Below are positions 42,920-51,802 of a stretch of 64,000 nt of DNA, piece after piece. A program made the translations under genes and the position numbers. The stretch comes from Candidatus Bathyarchaeota archaeon (GTDB taxonomy: Archaea; Thermoproteota; Bathyarchaeia; Bathyarchaeales; Bathycorpusculaceae), in assembly GCA_963811105.1 (NCBI GenBank), contig CAWEPZ010000011.1, forward strand, positions 704,001-768,000, given 5' to 3'. The notes below the pieces were generated by a model that was not told where the DNA came from, ran no database searches, and saw nothing but the letters and a program-made list of their open reading frames with translations. Position 1 is the stretch's first letter, and each line of letters starts with the position of its first letter.

Positions 42920-44704
42920 ATGATAGAAATTAGTCAAAATGAGCATCTCGATGCGTTGTTGGTGTATGTTAGAGTGGTTTCTTTGCCGTGGATATTTCCT
43001 CGCCAATCACAATTGGGTCTTTATTATCTCGCACAACAAGCAAGTGAGAAAGGTTTCAAGGTTCTTGTAGATAATTTATCTTCGAACGACCATATTGGTC
43101 AGAGGATAAACCGACTTCTAAATGAACATAGCTGTCGTCTTGTCGGGTTTTACGTAGATCAAGATAACATGTGGACATTAAGGAGGGTCTTGCCTCCGCT
43201 AAAAAGGTCAATACCTGACTTAAGCATTATACTCGGTGGACCTCAAGTCACCGCTGATGCTGAATCTGTCCTGAGTTTTATTCCTGAAGCAACCTGTGGT
43301 GTAATAGGTGAAGGAGAGGCTACTTTTGTTGAGCTGCTCGCTCTTCCTTCACTCTGCCTAGAGAACCTAGAAAAATGCAAAGGCCTTGCATTAAACGATA
43401 ATGGGACAATCCGTAGGACGCCTCCAAGGGAGCCTATTGATCCGTTAGACTGCCTTTCTATCCCTGAACGCAAGAAACTTAGTACAGACCCAAACAACGA
43501 ACTTCCCACGATGATTACAGGAAGAGGCTGCATTGGACAGTGCGCTTTTTGTTATGAGAGCAAGCACGGAAAACGCCTTCGTTTTCACTCAGTTCAGCGA
43601 AGCCTAAAAGAGTTTGATTATCTGGTCCAAGAGTTTGAAAAAAGCTATATCACAATATTGGATGATTCTTTCGTAACCAATGTAAGCAGGTTAAGAGAAT
43701 TCTGCATGCAACTCATAAGCAAATACGAAGGAAAAGTGAAATGGTTCTGCGAGTCGCGTGTTGATATTTTAGATAAGAACCCAGACCTGCTTCCGCTTAT
43801 GATTGAAGCAGGACTTATCCGTCTTCAAGTGGGCGGTGAGTCGGGAAATCAGCATATTCTCGACTTATATGGAAAAGGGACAACGCTGCAACAGATGATA
43901 TCAGTAGTTGAGTCAGCAAAAAAGAACGGACTTTTATCGCTTTATGCAAATTTCATCATAGGAGGCGCAAAGGAAACACGTGCTACATACCAAGATACAT
44001 TGAATTTTGCCCTTAAACTACTGGACCTTGCACCTGGGTGCATGGAGATTGGGAGCTCTTTCTACACTCCATACCCTGGAACACGCATGTACAAAGATCC
44101 CGAAGCTTTTGGAATCGAAGTTATTGATAAAAATGTTGTAACAGGCGCAGGAGATCAACACGTTTTTGTTAGGACTAAGGAACTTTCCAGATTCGATATT
44201 CTGGATATAAATGTTGATTTTAAAAGTAAAATTGAACGGAAAATGATTGAGCTATCTAAACAGCTTCCTAAAGAAGTGATTTACAAACATTTCCAAGCAT
44301 TTGATAAATGGGCTCTTATTACAGATTGGTATAAGATTTTTAGGAACGAAAACGCCAACGTTTATTCTTATTTTAAGTCAATCTCTGTTGGATCTTGCAA
44401 GAGATTTGAAGAGATTGCAAGAAAGGAGTTATCAGAAGCTTATCCTTGTCGAACTACAGAACTTGTAACCTCAAAGGATGAAAGGTACATAGTTCGTATT
44501 TTTGACGGTTCACTATGTATATTAGATCCACTTGAAAGTACGATTCTTGAACTGTCCGCTGGTAAACTCAGTTTTGACGAAATAATAACAATTATTGGCG
44601 ATCGTGTTCCTGAGATTTCATTAAATAAGATACGGGAAGCTTGTATTGTTCGATATGAAAAATTCGAAAGGGAGTGTCTCGTTGTTTGGAGGATCGGAGA
44701 TTAA
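42920..44704 (+). CDS. Cobalamin-binding (class B) radical SAM enzyme with C-terminal PqqD/RRE-like domain
   Basis: ILGGPQVT...GEGE B12 domain, GRGCIGQCAFC, GESGNQ, TPYPGT; the tail LDPLESTILELSAGKLSFDEII resembles a PqqD-type wHTH. Confidence 0.85.
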   Translation: MIEISQNEHLDALLVYVRVVSLPWIFPRQSQLGLYYLAQQASEKGFKVLVDNLSSNDHIGQRINRLLNEHSCRLVGFYVDQDNMWTLRRVLPPLKRSIPDLSIILGGPQVTADAESVLSFIPEATCGVIGEGEATFVELLALPSLCLENLEKCKGLALNDNGTIRRTPPREPIDPLDCLSIPERKKLSTDPNNELPTMITGRGCIGQCAFCYESKHGKRLRFHSVQRSLKEFDYLVQEFEKSYITILDDSFVTNVSRLREFCMQLISKYEGKVKWFCESRVDILDKNPDLLPLMIEAGLIRLQVGGESGNQHILDLYGKGTTLQQMISVVESAKKNGLLSLYANFIIGGAKETRATYQDTLNFALKLLDLAPGCMEIGSSFYTPYPGTRMYKDPEAFGIEVIDKNVVTGAGDQHVFVRTKELSRFDILDINVDFKSKIERKMIELSKQLPKEVIYKHFQAFDKWALITDWYKIFRNENANVYSYFKSISVGSCKRFEEIARKELSEAYPCRTTELVTSKDERYIVRIFDGSLCILDPLESTILELSAGKLSFDEIITIIGDRVPEISLNKIREACIVRYEKFERECLVVWRIGD

Positions 44705-44885
44705 ATTCCTTCCGTATGGATGAAATGGAAGTGTTGCCAGGAAATTCATTCACATTTTCTGAAAATTGATTTCTGAAAATATTTAAGTATTTGCGATAGT
44801 AGATGTATTAGTAGGATTTACTTCTTAACTCAAAAGTCTTGTTATCCAATAGGAACATAAAAAAAATTATCAACGCAGAAAAGAG

Positions 44886-45278
44886 GTGAGTTTAATGGAT
44901 AAGAAAAATAACGGTGAGAAGATCAAGAAGCAAAAACTCCGCGTAGAGTTTGAAATGAGTCCTGAAGATGTAAAGAGACTACTCTCCTATGGCAAAAAGA
45001 AGTCGATGAAAATTAGCGATGAAGAACTAAGTAGACTCGGTAAAGAAGGCGCAATCAAAGCATCAGATTACCTCGACAACACGCAGGCTAGTTTTGCTTC
45101 TCGCGCAGCATCGGGTTGGATAAGTGAGATAAGCGATAAAGTAAGTGATGAATTATCGGAAGCTAGCGATCAAATTCATAATCCAGAAGTACAGGAAGCA
45201 GCAGCTTTCACTGTAGAAGTTGCCCTTGTAGCTGCAAAGAGGACTAAAGAATCTACCGAACAACGTCCCAAAGAATAA
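44886..45278 (+). CDS. Hypothetical 130-aa protein, candidate RiPP precursor
   Basis: GAGGTGA RBS (start may be ATG 44895); ISDEELSRLG leader-like motif; Ser/Asp/Glu/Ala-rich C-half. Confidence 0.6.
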   Translation: MSLMDKKNNGEKIKKQKLRVEFEMSPEDVKRLLSYGKKKSMKISDEELSRLGKEGAIKASDYLDNTQASFASRAASGWISEISDKVSDELSEASDQIHNPEVQEAAAFTVEVALVAAKRTKESTEQRPKE

Positions 45279-45364
45279 TGCGATAGTATAAGCTGAAATC
45301 TTTCAAGAGCCTATACTCTCCTCCACTATTCTTTACCCATAACTTAATGGAGATACATTTTATC

Positions 45365-45415
45365 GAGGAAAAAATCATGGGTAAGCTGTCCATTTGCCTT
45401 TAGGTTCAAATCTTG
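45365..45415 (+). repeat. Island repeat copy 5 (degenerate)
   Basis: gaggaaaaaatcat-GGGTAAGCTGTCCAT-ttgcctttAGG-TTCAAAT-CTT; same spacing, weaker match. Confidence 0.45.
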
Positions 45416-45786
45416 TCTGCATAACGCTGAACCAAAAAGAACCTCTTGATACAATAATATGTGTTCTATTCTCAGAAATTAGGTTAGTAAAGAGTATTGG
45501 ACACGCATTAAGTTTGGAGAGTGTGTACTTACTCTTACAGGAAGATGCCACCTACAGCATAACTTAAATTACTAATCAATTCAAAGCTCCAATTATAGAT
45601 GAATAATTTCTTTTTATCCGCTTTTTTAAGCATCCTGGACATTCCATTTTTTGCTTCACCAGCCTCCAATTGATAATGGGAATCTTACACCTTTTGATTT
45701 GATGTAGTTTGTTACCACGCTCTTTTGAGTCATCCAAAAACCCAGTCTATCAAAAAATCGGTGATTTAGACAACTCTTCAAATTAC

Positions 45787-45855
45787 AAAAAGAGGGAAAT
45801 GCGGGTGTCACCTCCAACAGGGCATGGGTTCAAATCCCATAGTCCACTTCAACAT
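45787..45855 (+). repeat. Island repeat copy 6 / att-like junction with the tRNA-Ala 3' end
   Basis: aaaaagagggaaatgc-GGGTGTCACCTCCAA-cagggcatGGG-TTCAAAT-CCCat-AGTCCACTTCAACAT; the last 15 nt are identical to 29939-29953. Confidence 0.8.
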
Positions 45856-45901
45856 CACCAACAACAAACACGGACTGTTACAAATATTTTGTAAATGTTC
45901 A

Positions 45902-45985
45902 TCATTTTCGTTTCCTGAAGATTTTGTTTTGGCCAAAGTCGCAAACGTACTCGAAACCTGCTTCGATTAACTTGCAGGCTTCTCC
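45902..45985 (-). pseudogene. Tyrosine integrase C-terminal relic 3
   Basis: EACKLIEAGFEYVCDFGQNKIFRKRK*, nearly identical to the end of relic 1. Confidence 0.75.
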
Positions 45986-46312
45986 CTTTGCATTTCTCCC
46001 GCACCACCCTTTTCTCGCTCCAACGAAACCGAGAACTCAAGATGCCAAAAACTGCCTTATTGCCTTGACCAAATATGTTTTGGCTGTTTTGTTCGAAGCA
46101 AAATATTTCGGCATGCCCAAATGCTCAGCGAAATTTATTTTCGGAGACCCTATTAACACAAAATTTTGGTTTTCATGGAACAACTCGCGGAAGACGAAAG
46201 CTTTTCAACTGATACGATATCAACCGTTATTCTAAATGATTATTGTTGATTCATAACCCTTTTCTACGTCTTCCAAGCAAATTTACTTGCGCGCTTAAGG
46301 CGGTTACTATTC

Positions 46313-48532
46313 GTGAAAATACGTTTGAAAACACTGCTCATACTTTTCTTAACAACGATCATCTTAATGTCGGTTGTTTACGCGGTTTCTCGAAAGATAA
46401 TGTTAGACGGCATCGCAGTATCTGAGAGCGAAGAGGCTGAATCTAACGTTCAAAGATTCATCACGAATTTGAACATAGAACTGCAAAGAATCAATTCAAC
46501 TAACTATGACTGGTCGCAGTGGGATGAAACATATCAATTCATTGAAAACAACAATACAGCTTACATAAATTCGAATCTGATGGACCAGACTTTCGTTAAT
46601 CTTAATGTAAACATGATGCTATTTGTCGATCAATCTGGTCAATTGGTGTTTGGCAAGGCATTCGACCTTGAAAATCAAACGGACATTAACCTGCAGAATG
46701 CCGAGGTAAGTCAGGTCTTGAACAATGATTTCCTCTTTACAAACGACCCTAGCCAAAGCGAAGGAGGTCTCATTCTTTTCGGAGGAACGCCGATGCTTGT
46801 AATCTCGCAGCCTATTTTAACAAGTGCAGCTGCGGGACCAGTTCGAGGAACTCTCATCATGGGAACTTTTCTCGATAAATCAGAGTCTGACTCCCTCGCA
46901 CAAGCAGTAGGACTACCTATTGAAACATTTACCATAGGCGCTTCTCCGATACCAAAGGATTTTCAGATAGCAAGCAAGAATCTATCACCCAAAGAACCAG
47001 TCTTTGCTCAAGTCACAAACCAAACTAATATAACAGGCTACGTTTTGCTCCAAGATGTAAGCGGCAATCCGATTTTGATAACAAAAGTCGACAGTTACAG
47101 AACCGCCTACATGCAGGCCCAAACTAGCCTCAATTACCTTCTTGGCTCATTTACTTTTTTAGGTATTGTCATTTTTGCGGTTACTTCTATTTTGTTGGAT
47201 AAAATTGTGCTCTCAAGGCTGAGACGGCTTACTAATGATGTAGTCAAAATAAAACCAAATAGTGATCAGCAAGAATACGTTTTAGTTAAAGGAAACGATG
47301 AATTGTCGAACTTGGGCTCTAGAATTAATGGCATGCTTACTAAAATAAGAGAATCTCGTGAAGAGCTTAAGAAACATGCAGAAAACCTTGAAATGAAAGT
47401 CAATGAACGAACAATAGACTTGAAAGTGAGTCAAGAGAAAATCAAAAGCATATTCCGTGCCTCTCCAGACACCATTATAGCAACCGACCTCCAAGGAAAC
47501 ATAATTGAATACAACCGGCAAATGAACAAATTTACTGGTTACACACGAGAGGACCTGATCGGAAAATCAGCGTTCTCCTTTATGTCTAGCGCCGATTCTA
47601 AGAAAGTTGCGAATCTATTGGAAGACATCGTAGAAAATGAATCAATTGCCAACTTTGAGTGCCACCTCGCAAAGAAAGATGGGTCCACATACCCAGTTGA
47701 ACTAACGATAAGCGCCTTACGAGACGTTCAGAATATGCCATACGGTTTTGTTGCGATAATTCGAGATTTAACTGAAAAGAAAGAATTAGAAAAGAAGCTG
47801 TTCCAATCTGAAAGATTAGCGGCCATCGGAGAGTTGGCAGGGATGGTAGGTCATGACCTGCGTAATCCTTTAGCAGCTATCAAAAATGCTGCCTACTTCT
47901 TGAAAAAGAAAGGCGCTTCAATCAAAGAGGAGCAAGCTAAAGAAATGCTTGAGGCAATTGAGAAGGGAATTGACCATTCAGACAAAATTATCAAGGACCT
48001 CTTGGACTACGCAAGAAATATGCATTTGGAACTGCAAGTGAACTCAGTGCATAATGTTCTGACAGATGCACTGGCAATGGTTAGAATTCCAGAAAATGTG
48101 AATGTCATAAATACGGTTTCAGAAGAGCCCACCTTCACAATCGATAAAAACAAGATAGAACGCGTTTTCATTAACCTTGTCAATAACGCCGTAGATGCAA
48201 TGCCAAACGGAGGCACAATCACAATAAACTGCAAACAGTCCAACGACATTGTAGATATTACTTTCGCTGACACTGGGACAGGTATTCCAGAAGAAATTTT
48301 GCCAAAGATCTTCTCCCCGCTATTCACTACAAAGGCGCAGGGGATGGGCTTCGGCTTAGCCATATGCAAACGCATCATCGAGGCGCATGGAGGAACAATA
48401 GCGGTTGAAACTGAGAAAAGCAAAGGCACAAGATTCAAGATTACTTTGCCGACTAAAACTGAACAAACAACAGAAGACAAAGAACATTGGGTAACCATTC
48501 CCGAATATTTGTTGTCGACAACAAAAGCATAA
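46313..48532 (+). CDS. Membrane sensor histidine kinase (CHASE4-HAMP-PAS-HisKA-HATPase)
   Basis: DWSQWDETYQF (CHASE4), GNDELSNL (HAMP), PAS, GHDLRNPL, NAVDAM, DTGTGI, GMGFGL. Confidence 0.92.
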   Translation: MKIRLKTLLILFLTTIILMSVVYAVSRKIMLDGIAVSESEEAESNVQRFITNLNIELQRINSTNYDWSQWDETYQFIENNNTAYINSNLMDQTFVNLNVNMMLFVDQSGQLVFGKAFDLENQTDINLQNAEVSQVLNNDFLFTNDPSQSEGGLILFGGTPMLVISQPILTSAAAGPVRGTLIMGTFLDKSESDSLAQAVGLPIETFTIGASPIPKDFQIASKNLSPKEPVFAQVTNQTNITGYVLLQDVSGNPILITKVDSYRTAYMQAQTSLNYLLGSFTFLGIVIFAVTSILLDKIVLSRLRRLTNDVVKIKPNSDQQEYVLVKGNDELSNLGSRINGMLTKIRESREELKKHAENLEMKVNERTIDLKVSQEKIKSIFRASPDTIIATDLQGNIIEYNRQMNKFTGYTREDLIGKSAFSFMSSADSKKVANLLEDIVENESIANFECHLAKKDGSTYPVELTISALRDVQNMPYGFVAIIRDLTEKKELEKKLFQSERLAAIGELAGMVGHDLRNPLAAIKNAAYFLKKKGASIKEEQAKEMLEAIEKGIDHSDKIIKDLLDYARNMHLELQVNSVHNVLTDALAMVRIPENVNVINTVSEEPTFTIDKNKIERVFINLVNNAVDAMPNGGTITINCKQSNDIVDITFADTGTGIPEEILPKIFSPLFTTKAQGMGFGLAICKRIIEAHGGTIAVETEKSKGTRFKITLPTKTEQTTEDKEHWVTIPEYLLSTTKA

Positions 48533-48564
48533 AAAACACTATAAAATCAATCGTTATCCCTTGA
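48487..48564 (+). pseudogene. Truncated response-regulator receiver N-terminus
   Basis: Out-of-frame overlap with the kinase end: MGNHSRIFVVDNKSIKNTIKSIVIP*, resembling the receiver beta1-alpha1 pattern (ILVVDD..IR..L). Confidence 0.5.
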
Positions 48565-48904
48565 TCTGATATTACGGGATGAAATAGGCAGGTAAGCACG
48601 CTGCTTTGTCCATCTATTGAGTCATACAATTTTTCAGGAGACATCCAAAATACTTTACCGTCCATTATATTCATGAGAGAGCAAGGGGTATGACAATTCT
48701 AACACGTTAAACACTAGCTTTTGGAAGTTATTCGCGATTCTTGTCTTGAATACTATTTTGGTTTCAGTGAACTAAATGACCGACAAAAGATTTGGCATTG
48801 TCGGGACTACAAATATAAAATAGATAATGATAGACAAACGAACGAAAAGAAAGAACTGGAAAGTAGCATAAACAATTAATAGCAATTTCACGCTTTCACG
48901 AATT

Positions 48905-49324
48905 ATGAAAGTCGCAGTTTTTTACCTCTCAAGAACTGGAAACACAAAGCGTTTTGCAGAAGCAATAGCTGAATCACTAAAAACTCCGCTTTTTGATATA
49001 ACACTAATTGATCCTGAATCACAAGCAGACTATGATTTGCTAATCATCGGCACGCCAGTAAATGGTTTTAGAGCATGCCCCGAAGTGTCATCATTCGTTC
49101 AAAAACTGCCAGAAGGAGTAAATAAAAAAGCGATTCTTTTTTGCACCTACGCAATAGCAAAAGGAAACACCCTCAAAAACCTTGAACAAGAGCTTTCAAA
49201 AAAAGGATACATGACTCTTTTAGCAGTGTCTAAGAGAGGAGTAAAACCGAACAAAAACGACTTCGAGGATGCCTTAAGCGAAGTAGCCACCTGCATTAAA
49301 CAGGTCCAGCAAACTCAACAATAA
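48905..49324 (+). CDS. Flavodoxin family protein
   Basis: YLSRTGNTKRFAEAIA FMN-binding loop; DLLIIGTPV. Confidence 0.88.
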   Translation: MKVAVFYLSRTGNTKRFAEAIAESLKTPLFDITLIDPESQADYDLLIIGTPVNGFRACPEVSSFVQKLPEGVNKKAILFCTYAIAKGNTLKNLEQELSKKGYMTLLAVSKRGVKPNKNDFEDALSEVATCIKQVQQTQQ

Positions 49325-49565
49325 TTTAATATTTACGACATCGCAAGCAAATACCTGTCAAAGCAATCAATACGAACAAAGAAAACTCGACAATTACTTG
49401 TGGATGACTAATTTGAATTTGCAGGGTTTGCAGGTTCTACAAAGTGTAAATAAGGAACCCTAAAGGAACAAGACTAAGCAACATGAATGTTGTGCCAATG
49501 GTTCGCTTAGTTTCTGGTTTCATTTCAATCCATTAAGAGCACAGATAATTGTTGACTTGTGGCTT

Positions 49566-49740
49566 TCAGTTTTGCCCAGTTGCCGGGTGTTTCTGTTTCA
49601 CGATGTCTGAGATTCTTAATTCTGGATGATGGCATCGGTTCTTTCGAAAGGTTATTTTTCCCGCTTGTACAGCTTCTTTTGGACACCATTGAAGACAAGC
49701 AAAGCAAAGTTTGGTTGAGTTCTTGCCATGATTGCTGCGC
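49566..49740 (-). pseudogene. C-terminal fragment of an EFR1-type ferredoxin
   Basis: CFACLQWCPKEAVQAGKIT...RCHHPELRISD with no intact upstream portion. Confidence 0.55.
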
Positions 49741-49881
49741 ATATAAGAATTTTTAAGTGTCAAAGAAAAAGGCAAAGCCAAAAACATTTCTAGAATATTA
49801 CACAATTCTTTTTTCATTTCAATATGTAGTCTAAAGAGTATAACTATAATAGTTTGCAGGACAGTTTTCGAAAGGATAACA

Positions 49882-50982
49882 ATGACCAAAACTTCCCAAC
49901 CAGACGAGCAATTAAATCTCAACATTAACAAAATAGTTAACGATGCCTTAGGCGTCTTCTTCAAAGATGCTGTAAAGATTGCCCTGACAAGCCCATCTCA
50001 GTCGGTTTTCTTTTTGCGCACGCTTGGTTGGCAAAACAAAGCAGCTAAAATGAGGCGGAAGCTAGAAAGTACAGGGCTTCATGTTCCACCAGTCCTTGTG
50101 ATTAGTGTCACGAGCAAGTGCAACTTGCATTGTGAAGGATGCTACCATCAAGCGTTGAGGGCAAAAACTGACGCTGAAATGAGCGATGAGCGGCTTGAGC
50201 GACTGGTGGATGAGGCGAAGGAATTGGGCATTTCATTTATTGTGCTGGCAGGAGGTGAGCCACTAATGCGACCGAACATTCTTGACATCTCTCAGAGAAC
50301 TCCTGAAATAATGTTTTTAATGTTTACAAACGGTTTGTTGTTAAGTGACGAGGTTCTCAAGCGGATTTCAGATAATAAGAACATTGTTCCTTTGTTGAGT
50401 TTGGAAGGTTATCAGGTTGATACTGATGGCAGGCGTGGGACAGGGGTATATAATCAGCTCCTAAAGTCGATGAGTAAACTGAAGAATAGAGGTTTGTTCT
50501 GGGGAGCATCGCTGACCATGACAAGAACTAACTTTAATGAAGTCACCGATGATGCATTCATTAAACAACTCGTTGACAATGGATGCAAGCTTTTCATGTT
50601 AGTCGAATACACTCCTGTGATCGCAGGAACGGAAGATTGGGTTCTTAGTGAAGAGCAAAAATCAAAAGTTATTGCCATCCGTAATAACTTCCGAAAGAAA
50701 TACCCTGCCATGTTTATTGCTTTGCCGTGGGATGAAGATGAAATCGGCGGATGCCTTTCAGCAGGTCGCGGTTTCATACACATCAGTGCGGAGGGAAATG
50801 TTGAACCGTGCCCCTTCATCGCTTATTCTGATACCAATCTAAAAAATCTCTCACTCAGAGAAGCATTACAATCCAAAATGCTAAAAATTATTCGAGAAAA
50901 TCATGCAGAACTCAAAGAAATTCAGGGTTGTGCTCTTTGGGAAAAACGCGAATGGGTAAAATCTCTCTCGAAGACAGCCTAA
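49882..50982 (+). CDS. Radical SAM protein with SPASM/twitch domain
   Basis: CNLHCEGC, GGEP, FTNG, GCLSAGRGFIHISAEGNVEPCPF. Confidence 0.9.
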   Translation: MTKTSQPDEQLNLNINKIVNDALGVFFKDAVKIALTSPSQSVFFLRTLGWQNKAAKMRRKLESTGLHVPPVLVISVTSKCNLHCEGCYHQALRAKTDAEMSDERLERLVDEAKELGISFIVLAGGEPLMRPNILDISQRTPEIMFLMFTNGLLLSDEVLKRISDNKNIVPLLSLEGYQVDTDGRRGTGVYNQLLKSMSKLKNRGLFWGASLTMTRTNFNEVTDDAFIKQLVDNGCKLFMLVEYTPVIAGTEDWVLSEEQKSKVIAIRNNFRKKYPAMFIALPWDEDEIGGCLSAGRGFIHISAEGNVEPCPFIAYSDTNLKNLSLREALQSKMLKIIRENHAELKEIQGCALWEKREWVKSLSKTA

Positions 50983-51802
50983 TGAAGATGAGAAAAAAGC
51001 AGAGCTTTCTCGTCAATAGAACAACTGGTAGGTTCGGCTTCTAAACAAAAGGCCCGCCCAAATCCTCAGTCTCGGCATAGCGATCGCTGGATTTGATCGC
51101 CGAACATCGGAAAGCGAATGCCGTTTCTCCAGACCCTCTTACTTTTACATTGGAGGAAGAGGGCTGCGGCTGATGCCGATGGAGCCTTCTGTGGGCTCTG
51201 ACTTACAAAAATGAGGACTGGAATCAGTGCCATATGTGGAGCTAGGAGACTTTGTCTATGACGGAAACCTGAGGATCCATTGACATCATATTAAATTCCT
51301 GCTGATACTCCACCTACAACTAAAACTACCACAACAATTACGGCGAACAAAGTTCCTTTTACAATCCATATTTTTCGACATTAATTTTCCTCAAAATCTC
51401 ATTAACATAACTTTGATTAAAAACAATCAGACGGAAATACACCCATCTGAAAATCAACCTCGAAATATTTTTAGAACGATTTGTTCCATAATTGGACTTA
51501 TTGAGTTAAGAATAGATAACATAGATAGGAAGTAACTGAAAAAACACTGCAAAGCCCAATTAGTCCCAACCACATTTTTACTGTATTCATTTCTTCCGGC
51601 TCCATACAATTTAACACTTAATTCTTCAGGAAATATAAGGCATGTTTCAGCTCTGGAATATACCAAGAATTGAAAGCAACGGTAAGCAATATTACAACTG
51701 AAAGAATATACGCCTTAAGGCTCGGTCGGACGCTTGACAAAGCCTTTTTGGATTACAAAAATAATTATAAGACAAAACCATACTTGAAGGTCCATTTATC
51801 GT

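Larger units (their letters stand above)
29945..45855. mobile_element. Composite island integrated at the tRNA-Ala 3' end (may extend further right)
   Basis: The tRNA end gggttcaaatccc...agtccacttcaacat recurs at 45826-45855. Both copies are followed ~50 bp later by the same integrase 3' end, and the genes between them are unrelated accessory genes. Confidence 0.75.

Noticed and set aside
35221-45855. The repeats as a CRISPR array
   Set aside because: Copies are 0.4-5 kb apart, diverged and separated by whole genes; no cas genes are present.
35221-45855. The repeats as 3' halves of split tRNAs
   Set aside because: They lack the anticodon 3' strand and variable loop, most lack a full acceptor strand, and no matching 5' halves or complementary leaders were seen.
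51000-51390. GC-richer patch and a broken hydrophobic ORF start after the radical SAM gene
   Set aside because: No identifiable product, inverted repeats or RNA fold; left uncalled.
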